The notes: generated from the letters alone by a model not told the origin. DNA of 64,000 nucleotides from Alphaproteobacteria bacterium (GCA_964291215.2 OZ219791.1:1472001-1536000); one strand, 5' to 3'; positions 53,667 to 64,000 are shown, numbered from the stretch's first letter. Made by a program: numbers and translations.

Positions 53667-53714
53667 GAAACCGCCCGGGCGACCGGATCGGGGACATCCG
53701 GCCGCCCGGGTTTC
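53667..53714 (+). terminator. Long GC hairpin after Hsp20
   Basis: CCCGGGCG.CCGGAT-loop-ATCCGG.CGCCCGGG followed by a short TTT. Confidence 0.5.
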
Positions 53715-53872
53715 GTGCGCCTGCGCGAGTTCGGCCGGGCACCCCGGCCAACCGGCGGGGTGTCGACGCGAATCACCGGGTGCCTCACCTCTCATTCATT
53801 ACGCGCCGAGCGGATGCCCCGAACAGTCACGCCGGTGTGACTGAACAAGAGGAACGAAAGGTTTGGATCGGC

Positions 53873-54826
53873 ATGACCACGATGCTTGACATCCGGAGTC
53901 TCACGAAGAGGTACGGCCCGTTCACCGTGGTCGATGACATCAGCTTTTCGGTCGAAAGCGGCGAGGTGCTCGGCTTCCTCGGTCCCAACGGTGCTGGCAA
54001 GTCGACGACTATGAAAATGATCACGGGTTTTCTCCCGCCGACCTCGGGCACGGCCGTCGTGTGCGGAAGCGACGTGATCCAGGATCCGCTGACTGTCAAG
54101 ACACGCATCGGCTATCTTCCCGAGGGTGCGCCGCTCTACGAGGACATGACCACCGCCGCGTTGCTGTCCTTCGTTGCCGAAACGCGCGGAATTCGGGGGT
54201 CGGCTCGCCGGCAGGCGGTCGACGGCGCAGTCGACAAGCTCGCACTCGACGAGGTCTACAATCAGCGCGTCGGAACCCTGTCCAAGGGGTTCAAGCGGCG
54301 TGTTGGCCTAGCGCAGGCGATCATGCATGATCCCGACATCCTGATCCTCGACGAACCCACGGACGGGCTCGACCCCAACCAGAAACATCAGGTCCGCGAA
54401 CTCATTCGCCAGATGTCCGAGGAAAAGGCGGTGGTCATCTCGACCCACCTTCTCGAGGAGGTCGATGCCGTATGCACCCGGGCGATCGTGATTTCACGCG
54501 GCCGCAAGGTCGCCGACGCGACGCCGGCCGATCTCGAACGGCAGTCGGCCTACTGGAATGCTGTATCGGTCCGTCTGCCGCACGAACGGATCGCGGCGCT
54601 TCAGGGCGCTCTTGACGGGCTCGAAGGCGTTGATCGAGTCGAGATCGATGACAAGCGCTCGGCGAGCGCCCATGTCATCGTCATTCCGAGCCAGGGCGTG
54701 GCCGTCGTCGACGCCGTCAATCAGCGCCTGAAGGAAAGAGAGGTCGCCGTCGACCAACTCTATGTCGAACGCGGACGGCTCGACGATGTGTTCCGCCAGA
54801 TCACCATCGGGGAGAACGTGCAATGA
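53873..54826 (+). CDS. ABC transporter ATP-binding protein (GldA-like)
   Basis: GPNGAGKST, LSKGFKRR, ILDEPTDGLDP. Confidence 0.92.
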   Translation: MTTMLDIRSLTKRYGPFTVVDDISFSVESGEVLGFLGPNGAGKSTTMKMITGFLPPTSGTAVVCGSDVIQDPLTVKTRIGYLPEGAPLYEDMTTAALLSFVAETRGIRGSARRQAVDGAVDKLALDEVYNQRVGTLSKGFKRRVGLAQAIMHDPDILILDEPTDGLDPNQKHQVRELIRQMSEEKAVVISTHLLEEVDAVCTRAIVISRGRKVADATPADLERQSAYWNAVSVRLPHERIAALQGALDGLEGVDRVEIDDKRSASAHVIVIPSQGVAVVDAVNQRLKEREVAVDQLYVERGRLDDVFRQITIGENVQ

Positions 54827-55557
54827 CCGCGGTGATTGCGATCTCGAAGCGCGAACTTGCGAGCTACTTTTCCACACCGCTGGCCTACGTGTTCATCGTC
54901 ATCTTTCTCGCGCTCGCGGGAGCAATGACGTTCTATTTCGGGGGGTTCTACGAACGCGGACAGGCGGATCTCCAGACATTCTTCGCCTTCCATCCCTGGC
55001 TCTACCTGTTTCTGGTGCCGGCCATCGGCATGCGGCTTTGGGCCGAGGAACGCAAGACCGGAACAATCGAGCTTCTGATGACGCTGCCGCTCTCAACCAC
55101 GCAGGCAGTGCTCGGCAAGTTCTTGGCCGCCTGGATCTTTGCCGGTATCGCGCTCGCGCTCACCTTCCCCATCTGGATCACCGTCAACTACCTTGGTGCG
55201 CCTGACAACGGCGTGATCTTCGCCGGATATGTCGGCAGTTTCCTGATGGCCGGTGCGTTTCTTTCAATCGGAAGCTTCGTTTCGGCACTCACCCGCAATC
55301 AGGTCATCGCCTTCGTCATTGCCGCGGCGACGTGCTTCCTGTTCATGATGAGCGGACTTGAACCGGTCCAGTCCGCGGTGCGCGGCTGGGCTTCGAGTCT
55401 CGTGATCGATCTGGTCGCGTCCCTTAGTTTCCTCACCCATTTCGACGCCATAACCCAGGGCGTCTTCGATCTCCGGGACTTTATCTACATGGCGGCGACG
55501 ATCGGCGTTTTCCTGTTCGCGAACATTGTCATCGTCGACCTCAAGAAGGGTTCATAG
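54823..55557 (+). CDS. ABC-2 permease (GldF-like)
   Basis: KREL.SYF.TPLAYVF, MRLWAEERKTGTIELL, TRNQVIAF. Confidence 0.92.
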   Translation: MTAVIAISKRELASYFSTPLAYVFIVIFLALAGAMTFYFGGFYERGQADLQTFFAFHPWLYLFLVPAIGMRLWAEERKTGTIELLMTLPLSTTQAVLGKFLAAWIFAGIALALTFPIWITVNYLGAPDNGVIFAGYVGSFLMAGAFLSIGSFVSALTRNQVIAFVIAAATCFLFMMSGLEPVQSAVRGWASSLVIDLVASLSFLTHFDAITQGVFDLRDFIYMAATIGVFLFANIVIVDLKKGS

Positions 55558-55565
55558 GTTGCAAC

Positions 55566-57497
55566 ATGGCCGATATACGCAAGGAGTTGCCAGCCACTGA
55601 CAGCCGCGCGCTCGCCTTCGGCGCGCTCGCGCTGGCGGTGGTGCTCTTCCTGTCGATCATCATCTTCTCGGAATCCATGGTCAAGGGCGTCAGGCTGGAT
55701 CTGACCGAGAAATCCCTGTTCACGTTGTCCGACGGCACCAAGAAAACCCTGTCGACACTCGATGAAGAGATCACGCTGCGTTTCTTCTCGACGCGCAAGC
55801 TCGTCGAGACGACCCCGGGCCTCACCGCCTACGGCGCCCGTGTGCAGGAACTGCTCGAACGCTATGCCTCGCTTGCCGGCGGCAAACTTCGGCTCGAGCT
55901 CGTCGATCCCGAGCCCTTCTCCCCAGAAGAAGACAGGGCTGTAGGCTTCGGCCTCACCGGGATTCCCATCACCGAAGCCGGAGATCTGGGATATTTCGGC
56001 ATCGCGGCAACCAACTCGACCGACGACACCGATGTGCTGCGTTTCCTCACGCCGCAGCGCGAACAATTTCTCGAATATGACCTGACGCGGATGATCCACA
56101 ATCTCGGAAATCCGAAGAAGAAGGTCATCGCGCTGGTTTCCGGCATTCCCGTGGATTCCGATCCGCTCAAGCAATACAAGCCATGGGCACTGATCGACAA
56201 TCTCAAGCAGTTCTTCGAAGTGCGTGCCCAGGGGCTGACCCCGAAGCTAACCGATGATGTCGACCTCGTGATGATCGTTCATCCGTTCGGCCTGAGCGAG
56301 GAGTCGCGCTACCAGATCGACCAGTTCGTGCTCCGCGGCGGCAATGCGGTGGTATTCGTGGACCCCCACGCCGAGGAAGGCGCCCGCAGCAACGCGGCAC
56401 TGCGTCTGCCGCCGGGCGTCGGTTCCGACCTTCCAGAACTCCTGAAGGCCTGGGGCGTGAAATACGACAAGGACAAGGTCTTGGGAGACCTGATCGCGGG
56501 CAGCCAGGTGCAGGCCGGAACGGATTCCTTCGGGCGCCCGGTCATCACCCGTTACGTTGCCTGGACCAGCTACGGGCCCGAAAACATCAACACGGGCGAC
56601 GTGATTGCGTCGGAACTGCAAAAGATCAACTTCGCGACACCGGGTTTTCTCGAAAAGGCCGAGGGCGCAACCACGCAGATCGAGCCGCTGATCTGGTCCT
56701 CGAAGTCCGCGGGACCGTTTGATGCCGAGAGCGTGCGACGCGATCCCAAGCCAGCCGACATCCTCCGGGAGTTCAAGCCCAAGGACAAGAGCTACATCAT
56801 CGCGGCACGGATTTCCGGCAAGGTCAAGAGCGCGTTCCCCGACGGTCCGCCCAAATCCGACGATGCGGACAAGAAAGACACCGCCGATGAGAAGGACGGC
56901 CCGGCCCCGAAACCGCATCTCGCCGAATCGGTCGACGACATCAACATCGTCGTCATGGCCGACACCGATATCCTTGCCGACAGATTCTGGCTGCGAATTC
57001 AGGATCTCTTCGGCCAGCAGGTGATCGTGCCGATCGCGCACAACGCCGATCTCGTCGTCAACGCGGCCGACAACATGGCCGGCACCAGCGCGCTGATCAG
57101 CCTGCGCGGACGCGGGCTTTCGAGCAGGCCGTTCGATGTCGTGGAGTTCATTCAGCGCGAAGCCGAGGACAAGTACAGGACCCAGGAGCAGGCGCTGGTA
57201 ACGGAGCTTGAGGATGTCGAGAAGAAGCTCAGCGAGCTCCAGACGACCAAGAAGGCCGCAGGCGCCGCCGTGATGTCGGAGGAACAGGACGAGGAGGTCA
57301 GGAAATTCCGCGCGCGCGTGCTTGAAATCAGGAAGGAATTGCGCGACGTGCAGCTCAATCTGCGCCGGGACATCGATCAGCTGGGTTCCGATCTCAAGTT
57401 GCTCAACATCGCCGCCGTACCGGCAGCGATCGCGATATTCGCCGTGGGCATATCCATGGTGCGGCGGAATCGTACCCGTGCCCGCAACGGGACCTGA
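55566..57497 (+). CDS. GldG family ABC auxiliary protein
   Basis: RLDLTE..LFTLS.GT, FLEYDL, IDQFVLRGG, C-terminal coiled coil and TM. Confidence 0.88.
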   Translation: MADIRKELPATDSRALAFGALALAVVLFLSIIIFSESMVKGVRLDLTEKSLFTLSDGTKKTLSTLDEEITLRFFSTRKLVETTPGLTAYGARVQELLERYASLAGGKLRLELVDPEPFSPEEDRAVGFGLTGIPITEAGDLGYFGIAATNSTDDTDVLRFLTPQREQFLEYDLTRMIHNLGNPKKKVIALVSGIPVDSDPLKQYKPWALIDNLKQFFEVRAQGLTPKLTDDVDLVMIVHPFGLSEESRYQIDQFVLRGGNAVVFVDPHAEEGARSNAALRLPPGVGSDLPELLKAWGVKYDKDKVLGDLIAGSQVQAGTDSFGRPVITRYVAWTSYGPENINTGDVIASELQKINFATPGFLEKAEGATTQIEPLIWSSKSAGPFDAESVRRDPKPADILREFKPKDKSYIIAARISGKVKSAFPDGPPKSDDADKKDTADEKDGPAPKPHLAESVDDINIVVMADTDILADRFWLRIQDLFGQQVIVPIAHNADLVVNAADNMAGTSALISLRGRGLSSRPFDVVEFIQREAEDKYRTQEQALVTELEDVEKKLSELQTTKKAAGAAVMSEEQDEEVRKFRARVLEIRKELRDVQLNLRRDIDQLGSDLKLLNIAAVPAAIAIFAVGISMVRRNRTRARNGT

Positions 57498-57508
57498 AGG
57501 AGGAGGAA

Positions 57509-58570
57509 ATGAAACCGAGAACCTTCGCCGCACTGGCGGGCGTGACGGCGATCGCCGTCATCGCGGCTGGCATCGGAATATCGACGAAGACCGAGACCAC
57601 CGCGCTCACTCCGGGAACCGAGCCTGCGTTCCCGGCACTCGCCGAGGCCGTAAACGATGCCAGCGGCATCGAAGTGAAGACGGCAAGCAACAAGTTCTCA
57701 CTGAGCCGCAAGGGGAAAATCTGGGGGCTGGACCAGAAGGACGGCTACCCGGCGGCTTTCGACAAGGTCAAGTCCGCGATCGTGGGCGTCGCGAACTTCA
57801 AGCTCATCGAACGCAAGACCGCCGACCCCGAGCGTTACGCCCGCCTCGACCTTGGATCGCCGGAGGACAAGGACGCAAAGTCGAAAAGGCTGGTTTTCCG
57901 GAACGAAAAGGGCGAGGTTCTCGCCGATGTCCTCCTCGGCAAGATCAATGCCAATCTCTTCGGCGCCGGCGGATCGGGGACCTACATCCGACGGGGCGAT
58001 GACAAGGAAACCTGGCTTGTGCGGGGGCAGGTTACGATCGGTGACGGGCCGATCAACTGGGTTGTCCGGGAGATCGTCGACTACGGCCAGGAACACATCC
58101 GCCACATATCGATACGCGATCCGGACGGGTCCGAGTTCGTCATCGCCAAGGGAGATAAGAGCGACAAGAACTTCAAGCTCCTAGACATTCCCGAAGGCCG
58201 CAAGATGAAGAAGGACGACGAGGCGAATCCGCTTGGCGGGGTCATGTGGAAGATGCAGTTCGACGACGTCAAGAAGGCGGCCAGCCAGGAATGGCCGGAA
58301 AACCCGTGGATCGCCGAATACACGGCGTGGGACGGTTTCAAGGTTCGCATCGAAGTGTACAAGATCGGGGAGGATCACTGGGGACGGTTCAAGGCCTCGC
58401 TTGACGACGAAGCGGAACCCGAAACACGGAAGAAGGCCGGCAAGATCGTCGACGAGATCAATTCCCGAGTTAGCGGATGGAGCTACATGCTCACTGCCGG
58501 CGATTCGGAAAAGCTGACGTCGAAAATGGAGGAATACATGGCCGACCCGGAGGCCAAGAAGGACTCCTGA
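57509..58570 (+). CDS. DUF4340 domain protein
   Basis: N-terminal anchor, DGYPA, ERKT.DP..Y.RL.L, TYIR; usual fourth gene of this operon type. Confidence 0.8.
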   Translation: MKPRTFAALAGVTAIAVIAAGIGISTKTETTALTPGTEPAFPALAEAVNDASGIEVKTASNKFSLSRKGKIWGLDQKDGYPAAFDKVKSAIVGVANFKLIERKTADPERYARLDLGSPEDKDAKSKRLVFRNEKGEVLADVLLGKINANLFGAGGSGTYIRRGDDKETWLVRGQVTIGDGPINWVVREIVDYGQEHIRHISIRDPDGSEFVIAKGDKSDKNFKLLDIPEGRKMKKDDEANPLGGVMWKMQFDDVKKAASQEWPENPWIAEYTAWDGFKVRIEVYKIGEDHWGRFKASLDDEAEPETRKKAGKIVDEINSRVSGWSYMLTAGDSEKLTSKMEEYMADPEAKKDS

Positions 58571-58706
58571 GCCACCGCGCGGCAAGGACATGACCTCTCT
58601 GTCGTCGGAGGCGGCGCGCTGTTCTCCTGCGCCATGATGTTCTTCAGGAGACTCCCGCCGGCCGGCCGGGGATGTCCAGCAGGGACCGGAGAGAATCGAC
58701 GGGCAT

Positions 58707-59597
58707 TCAGATGTCCGGAACCTGAATTCCGTTCTGCCGGCACGCGGCGACCACGGTGTTCCTGAGCAGGCATGCGATTGTCATCGGACCGACGCCGCCC
58801 GGCACCGGGGTAATCGCTCCGGCGACCTCCATGGCGAGGCCGAAATCCACATCGCCGACAAGTCGCGTCTTCCCCTCCTCATCCGCCGCCACACGATTGA
58901 TGCCGACATCGATCACCGTGGCGCCGGGCTTGATCCAGTCCCCACCGATCATGCGCGCACGGCCAACCGCGGCAACCAGGATATCGGCCCTTCTGCAGAC
59001 GGAGGGAAGATCCCGGGTCCGGGAATGCGCGACCGTTACCGTGCAGTTCGCTGCGAGGAGGAGCTGGGCCATCGGCTTGCCGACGATATTGGAGCGCCCG
59101 ACGATGACCGCTCCCCGTCCGGTCAGGTCGCCCAGCCTGTCCTCAAGCAGCATCATGCATCCGAGCGGCGTACAGGGCACAAGGCCCTCACGCCCGGTCG
59201 CGAGGCGTCCGACATTGCGCAGGTGAAACCCGTCAACATCCTTTTCCGGGTCGATACAGTCGATGATGGCGCTGGCGCCGATATGGGCGGGAAGCGGAAG
59301 CTGGACCAGTATTCCATGCACTGACGGATCGGCATTCAGTTCTTCCACGACCTCAAGAAGCACCTGTTCGGAAGTCTCCGCAGGCAGCGTTCTCCCGAGG
59401 CTTTTCATGCCGGCCTCGACGGTCTGCCGGTTCTTGTTGCGCACATAGACCTGGCTGGCCGGATCGTCACCCACCAGCACGGCGGCAAGGCCCGGAACCA
59501 CCGCGTGCTCGTCGCGCAACCGCGCGGCCGCAGCGGCAACGCGCATCCTCAGCGCGGCCGCCAGCGCCTTTCCGTCAATGATCTTCTCCGGTTCCAT
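58707..59597 (-). CDS. folD: Methylenetetrahydrofolate dehydrogenase/cyclohydrolase
   Basis: [39 protein letters not shown]. Confidence 0.97.
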   Translation of the reverse strand: MEPEKIIDGKALAAALRMRVAAAAARLRDEHAVVPGLAAVLVGDDPASQVYVRNKNRQTVEAGMKSLGRTLPAETSEQVLLEVVEELNADPSVHGILVQLPLPAHIGASAIIDCIDPEKDVDGFHLRNVGRLATGREGLVPCTPLGCMMLLEDRLGDLTGRGAVIVGRSNIVGKPMAQLLLAANCTVTVAHSRTRDLPSVCRRADILVAAVGRARMIGGDWIKPGATVIDVGINRVAADEEGKTRLVGDVDFGLAMEVAGAITPVPGGVGPMTIACLLRNTVVAACRQNGIQVPDI

Positions 59598-59603
59598 CTG
59601 GTC

Positions 59604-59936
59604 TCAACTCCACAATCCTGTCTGCCGCCGCCGCGAGAGCCTCCGGGTCTCCACAGACATGAGAACGACCTTGCAGCGGGCTGTGGCGCCACGGGGAATG
59701 GAAAAAGCGGACTTCGGAAGTCCGAACTCCTTTGCCAGCAGCCTGATCAGGGCGGTATTGGCTGTCCCCGATTCGGGCGGCGGGGCGACGCGAACCAGCA
59801 ATACGGATCGCCCGTCTGCATCAGCCGCGATTCCCGACACGCAATCAGCGGACGCGCGCCGTGTAACGCGAACATCGAGCCGGATGCCGTCTCCTGCCCG
59901 CGTCACGGCAGCAGATGGAGCATCGCGGGGATTCAA
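59604..59936 (-). CDS. DUF167 (YggU) family protein, possible C-terminal frameshift
   Basis: VRVT, VRVAPPPESGTAN.ALIRLLAK, GATAR.K; between yggT and folD. Confidence 0.75.
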   Translation of the reverse strand: MNPRDAPSAAVTRAGDGIRLDVRVTRRASADCVSGIAADADGRSVLLVRVAPPPESGTANTALIRLLAKEFGLPKSAFSIPRGATARCKVVLMSVETRRLSRRRQTGLWS

Positions 59937-60214
59937 CCATATGCGGTTTCGAAAATCAGATCCCGAACGAAATACAGGATCAGGATCAGGACGACAGGCG
60001 AAATGTCCAGCCCGCCCAGATTGGGCAGAAAACGCCGGATTGGCCGCAGTGCGGGCTCGGTCACGCGGTAGAAAAAATCCACAATGACATAAACTAGGCG
60101 ATTGTTCGTGTTGATAACGTTGAACGAAATGAGCCAACTTGCGACGACGGCTATCAGAAGGATCCAGATATAGAGCGAAATCAGGTTGTCGATCAGGTTG
60201 AGTATTGCGTGCAT
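59933..60214 (-). CDS. YggT family membrane protein
   Basis: SWLISFNVIN, TEPALRPIRRFLPNLGGLDISP. Confidence 0.93.
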   Translation of the reverse strand: MHAILNLIDNLISLYIWILLIAVVASWLISFNVINTNNRLVYVIVDFFYRVTEPALRPIRRFLPNLGGLDISPVVLILILYFVRDLIFETAYG

Positions 60215-60293
60215 TGCCGCGTCCACGGTTCGCTGCGGGTTCACCGCCTGAAAGCAATCTAGCGACCGAGCGCCTCATGCACAAGCAGACCGT

Positions 60294-62061
60294 CAGGTGT
60301 TTCCCACGCTGCATTCAATTTTGCTGTCTTCTGCTGTCCGGAGGTTTCACGGCGTGCCGGGTTTTCCGGCTTCGGGGCCGTCCGCGGTCGTCGCCGGCGG
60401 CGTTATCGGCGCGTGGGCGGCTTGTGGGCGGCGTCCGGGAATCGGCCGGACACCATTGGCGCTCAGGGCTGCGACGGCTTCCCGGCGGTCGAGCCGCCGC
60501 CGCCGTGTTTCGGCGAGGCTCTCGCGTCGGTTGGCGAAGATCACCGCGAGCGCGATGTTGTCGAGTCTGGCGCGGTTTGCCGGTCAGGCAGGCGTTTTCG
60601 CCGAAGACGCAGTCTCGGTGGTTCATGTTTTCCGCGGCCCGGTGCCTGCGGCCGCAGCAGTTCCTCTGGCGACGCGTGTTGCGCATCGAGCTGATGTACC
60701 GGTGCAGCCGTTGCCGCTCGCTGCGCCGCTGGCGCTCCTTCCCGGCGGCTCGCGGTAGCATGCGGGCGATCTGCCGGAGTAGTTGATCAGGTCCTCGAGC
60801 GGCACGTATCGAGCGCTGCTCGAGGCGGGCCTTGCCTCCTTGAAGCGGCCACTGGCTCCCGGTCGATGCCGTCGAAGGTTTCGGGCGCCCTTGACCGGGA
60901 AGACATGGTCTGCGCCGCAGCGCCGGGTGATCAGCGCCGCCGGCGTCGTGCGGGTGATCACCTTGCCGCGAACATCGGTGCGCTCGAGGAGGTGGCCGCC
61001 AGCTCGCCGTCGTCGAAGTTCAACAGCGCGAAGGGTGCGCCGGAGGCGTGAGAGCCACGGTCTCGTGGTGGCTGTTGCGGTTGGCGTCGCGGATGCGCTT
61101 GCCGTTGGCGGCAAGCGCCCGGGCGAGCCCGCGGCCGAGCACGTCCTCGAGCGCCTCAGGATCGATCGACTGCCCGGTGGAGGGTCGCCTTGGAGGGCGG
61201 CTCGCGCAGCCCCGTCCTCGGGTTCCGCCGATGGCCTCGAGCTCGTCCCCGGACAGCGGCCGCGCAAACTGCGCAGCTGCCTTTCATGTTCGCAAGCTCG
61301 GCGAGAACGTGAGCACACCGTGTGCTTTCTGCGCGGCGGAAGTCCTCGATCGCCGCCAGCTCGTCGTGCAGCGAACGCATCACTTCGGAACCCCGGGGAG
61401 GAGGCAGGCGGCGCCCGGCAGCGCCTGCGGGCGCGACAGCAGCCGTCGCGCCGCACAACGAAAATCTCCTTGCCATGGGGGTCGGTGCAGCGCCCGCGGG
61501 CGAATCCCCTGGCACGCCAGCCCGCCGCCTTGTGCCCGCAAAACGCTCCGGATCGCAGAACGTCTCCGCCACCTGGTGGCCGCAGGCCCAGTCGTCGGCC
61601 AGCCGCCGCGTCGTAAGAAAGAAGGAGGCAAGGTTCGGAAACGTTCCCGGCGCCGCACGCACCAGCAGTCGCGTGTTGTCAGATCAAGCCACTGCTGCTC
61701 CGGCTTCCAGCCACCGGTCGCGGCACTTGAAGGCACCGTCACGCCGCCAGACCACTGCCCCCTGAAGGACGCAATATGGCACCGCCCCGCCAGACGGCGA
61801 AACCCGAGATAGTCGTCCATCAACGCATCCCGCAGCGGACGCTCCTCAGACTTCGCGAACCTCGGACAGACCCTTCCGGAGCTGCGACGTGAATCAGACA
61901 GGACGCGATGTGCATGTGAACCGACATCCCCGCACCATGACAACTCCAGTGCAGGAAAGCCAGCGAAAACTGCAAAAAAACCTCTCGCACCAACTCGCGC
62001 CCCCGCAAAACCCAAGTACTGCCTTGAAAAATAAAACAGAATTTAGCGTAAGATCATCCTG
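60294..62061 (-). mobile_element. ISAs1 family remnant
   Basis: Ends CAGGTGTTTCCCACGCT / AGCGTAAGATCATCCTG; near-TSD GCAGACCGT / ACAGACCGG; fragments PPSKATLHR, DVRGKVIT, FPVKG, HRAAENMNHRDCVFGEN. Confidence 0.82.
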
Positions 62062-62298
62062 ACAGACCGGGCAGCGCTTGGGCAGGCAGGCTTCCGCGGG
62101 AACTGCAGCCTCGGCTGCATTCCGAGAATGCCCCGGACTTGCGCGCCCATCATGTCTTCGACCGTCGCTTGAAGCGTGGTGCGCCGCCACGGTGTCTTCG
62201 TCCCGTAGCGCCTTGCGACAGACAGGAAGAGAAGCAGCGTCGCTGCAATCCAGAGCGGCTGCTCTGGCGAGAAGCTGCAACCAGCGAGGGTGTTCCGC

Positions 62299-62751
62299 AT
62301 GCTTGAGACCAGACCTCTGTTCCGGATCTCGGCGCAGGTGGCCGTGCCGCATATCGTGGCTGGCGGTCCCTATGGCGAACGCCGGTTCATAGCCGTCACC
62401 GGCGGCAGTTTTTTCGGTGAGCGGATCTCCGGCCGGGTGCTTTCGGGAGGCGCGGACTGCCAATTGATCCGCCCTGACGGTGCTGCCGAGATCGACGTGA
62501 GGGTGACGCTCGAAGCAGATGACGGCGCAGTCATCCTGATGAAGGGCCTCGGGATCAGGAACGCCTCCGCCGATGTCATGCAACGCATCGCAAACGGTGA
62601 GAGGGTGGACGGGACCGAATACTATTTTCGGGAAGCCATGCTGTTCGAAGCGCCGGACGGTCCGCATGCCTGGCTGAACCGGCTGATTGCCATCGGCATG
62701 GGTGAACGTCTGCCCGACGAGGTTCTTGTCGATGTCTTCGAGATTCTCTAG
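62299..62751 (+). CDS. DUF3237 family protein
   Basis: GG.F.GERISGRVL.GGAD.Q..RPDG, YYFR, WLNR. Confidence 0.88.
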   Translation: MLETRPLFRISAQVAVPHIVAGGPYGERRFIAVTGGSFFGERISGRVLSGGADCQLIRPDGAAEIDVRVTLEADDGAVILMKGLGIRNASADVMQRIANGERVDGTEYYFREAMLFEAPDGPHAWLNRLIAIGMGERLPDEVLVDVFEIL

Positions 62752-63332
62752 CCCGGCCGGCGCTCCATGCGCTTGCGATGCCTGGCACCGAGTTCTTGCC
62801 AGGGGGACGGATCCCACCAGCGGACAGCGAGTCCCGACGGCGACGGTAGTACATGGATTTCGGTCTCGTCCAAGCGCTGGTCCTGAATTCCGTAATCGAC
62901 GCGATCGACGCCGAACACCGCGCGGAAAAAGACCTGCGCCGGCCGTTTTGCCGTGAAGGCGAGAATGGCGGGACGAAAGAACTCGACCTTGGCACGAAGC
63001 GCCACCGCGTCGTCACCTCTTCCGCTAAGGTCCGAATCCGCACCCCATTCGGTCTTGTTGATGTCGGTCAGGCCGAGTCCGTGCCGCGGCAGTTCGCGGA
63101 ATTCGGTCGGAGACAGCCGCTGCGGGGTCAATCCGGCTTCGGCAAGGATCGGCCAGAACTTGTTTCCGGGACCGGCATAAGGGAGGCCGAGCCGCGCCGA
63201 GACGGCGCCGGCCGCGCTGCCGCAGAGCACGGTCACCACATCGGGTTCGATTGTGTCGGGAAGAACCGCCGCACCGATCTTTGGCGCCCGGCGCAAAGAC
63301 CGGGCGGAGCGACCTGACGGAATCCCGGACAT
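62748..63332 (-). CDS. Mismatch-specific uracil DNA glycosylase family
   Basis: YAGPGNKFW, GLGLTD, LPSPSG. Confidence 0.85.
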   Translation of the reverse strand: MSGIPSGRSARSLRRAPKIGAAVLPDTIEPDVVTVLCGSAAGAVSARLGLPYAGPGNKFWPILAEAGLTPQRLSPTEFRELPRHGLGLTDINKTEWGADSDLSGRGDDAVALRAKVEFFRPAILAFTAKRPAQVFFRAVFGVDRVDYGIQDQRLDETEIHVLPSPSGLAVRWWDPSPWQELGARHRKRMERRPG

Positions 63333-63465
63333 CACCGCACCGCCCCCACTGACGCGGTTAGGGAAAGGCGGCGTCGGGACAGGCTCGCGCTCGACTCGGC
63401 ACGGGACAGTAGTCGTGGCCGGAAGGTCCCCGTTTCCGAACGAAAATCGATAAGCGGCGGCAGAT

Positions 63466-64000
63466 CTACTCGACCAACTCCTCGACCTGGCCGTCGCCGC
63501 CGTCAGGATCGGCATCCGGATCCTTGTTCTTGCCGCGGCGCTTCGGTGGCGCCGATTGCAGGATGAAACTTAGGCTGTCATCGGCCTCCTTGACGTCGAC
63601 CTGGACCACGCCGCCCTTGGAGAGCTTCCCGAACAGGATCTCGTCGGCCAGTGGCTTCTTGATCTCATCCTGGATCAGACGAGACAACGGCCTCGCGCCA
63701 TAGGCCTCGTCATACCCCTTTCGCGCAAGCCAGCCGCGGGCAGAATCCGACAGCTCGAACGTCACGCCGCGATCTTCGAGCTGGACTTCCAGCTGCATGA
63801 TGAACTTGTCGACGACCTGCAGCACGACATCCTTTTCGAGGCTGGAGAACGCAATGGTCGCGTCGAGGCGGTTGCGGAACTCCGGCGTGAACATCCGCTT
63901 GATCGCCTCCTCGTCCTCGCCGACACGCGTCGTGCGCTCGAAGCCGATTGCCGGTTTCGCAAGCTCCATGGCACCGGCGTTGGTCGTCATGATGAGGATG
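63466..64000 (-). CDS. clpA: ATP-dependent Clp protease ATP-binding subunit, C-terminal part
   Basis: ILIMTTNAG, FTPEFRNRLD, GARPL.R.IQ..IKKPLADE.LFG.L; runs off the window. Confidence 0.93.
   Translation of the reverse strand, partial: ILIMTTNAGAMELAKPAIGFERTTRVGEDEEAIKRMFTPEFRNRLDATIAFSSLEKDVVLQVVDKFIMQLEVQLEDRGVTFELSDSARGWLARKGYDEAYGARPLSRLIQDEIKKPLADEILFGKLSKGGVVQVDVKEADDSLSFILQSAPPKRRGKNKDPDADPDGGDGQVEELVE

Noticed and set aside
53873-58570. Gld-like ABC operon as gliding motility machinery
   Set aside because: This four-gene operon is widespread in Proteobacteria and no other gliding genes are present.
1-64000. CRISPR array
   Set aside because: No regularly spaced short direct repeats were seen; the repeats are dispersed IS ends and MITEs.

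Overview
High-GC alphaproteobacterial chromosome segment (Rhodospirillales-like gene order tlpA-argH-lipoprotein-lysA-TIGR02302 and yggT-DUF167-folD). Its decayed surface genes and IS load suggest a host-associated lineage (inference). Intact blocks: an NdmD/NdmE-like Rieske reductase plus GST pair, a VOC-Rieske oxygenase unit, a variant bufferin (DUF2282-DUF692-DUF2063-DoxX) RiPP cluster, ComDE-like and HpsN/HpsO-like enzymes, a Gld-type ABC system, Hsp20 with a ROSE thermometer, and tRNA-Pro(CGG). Between them lie dense stacks of dead mobile elements (IS630, IS1634, IS110, IS4, ISAs1, IS30, IS66, ISKra4, several MITEs) and pseudogenes (metY, RND, HNH nuclease, S8 peptidase, vapBC). Most striking: (1) an exact head-to-tail pair of group II introns inserted antisense in an IS66 that sits in an ISAs1-type MITE inside an S8 peptidase gene, with target duplications recoverable for the IS and MITE layers; (2) pervasive 2-13 bp microhomology-flanked deletions in the repeats while core genes stay essentially intact; (3) a two-copy IS110 carrying a candidate bridge-RNA end and an internal passenger ORF. 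All calls are by-eye motif recognition; no database searches were run and remnant boundaries are approximate unless TSDs are quoted.
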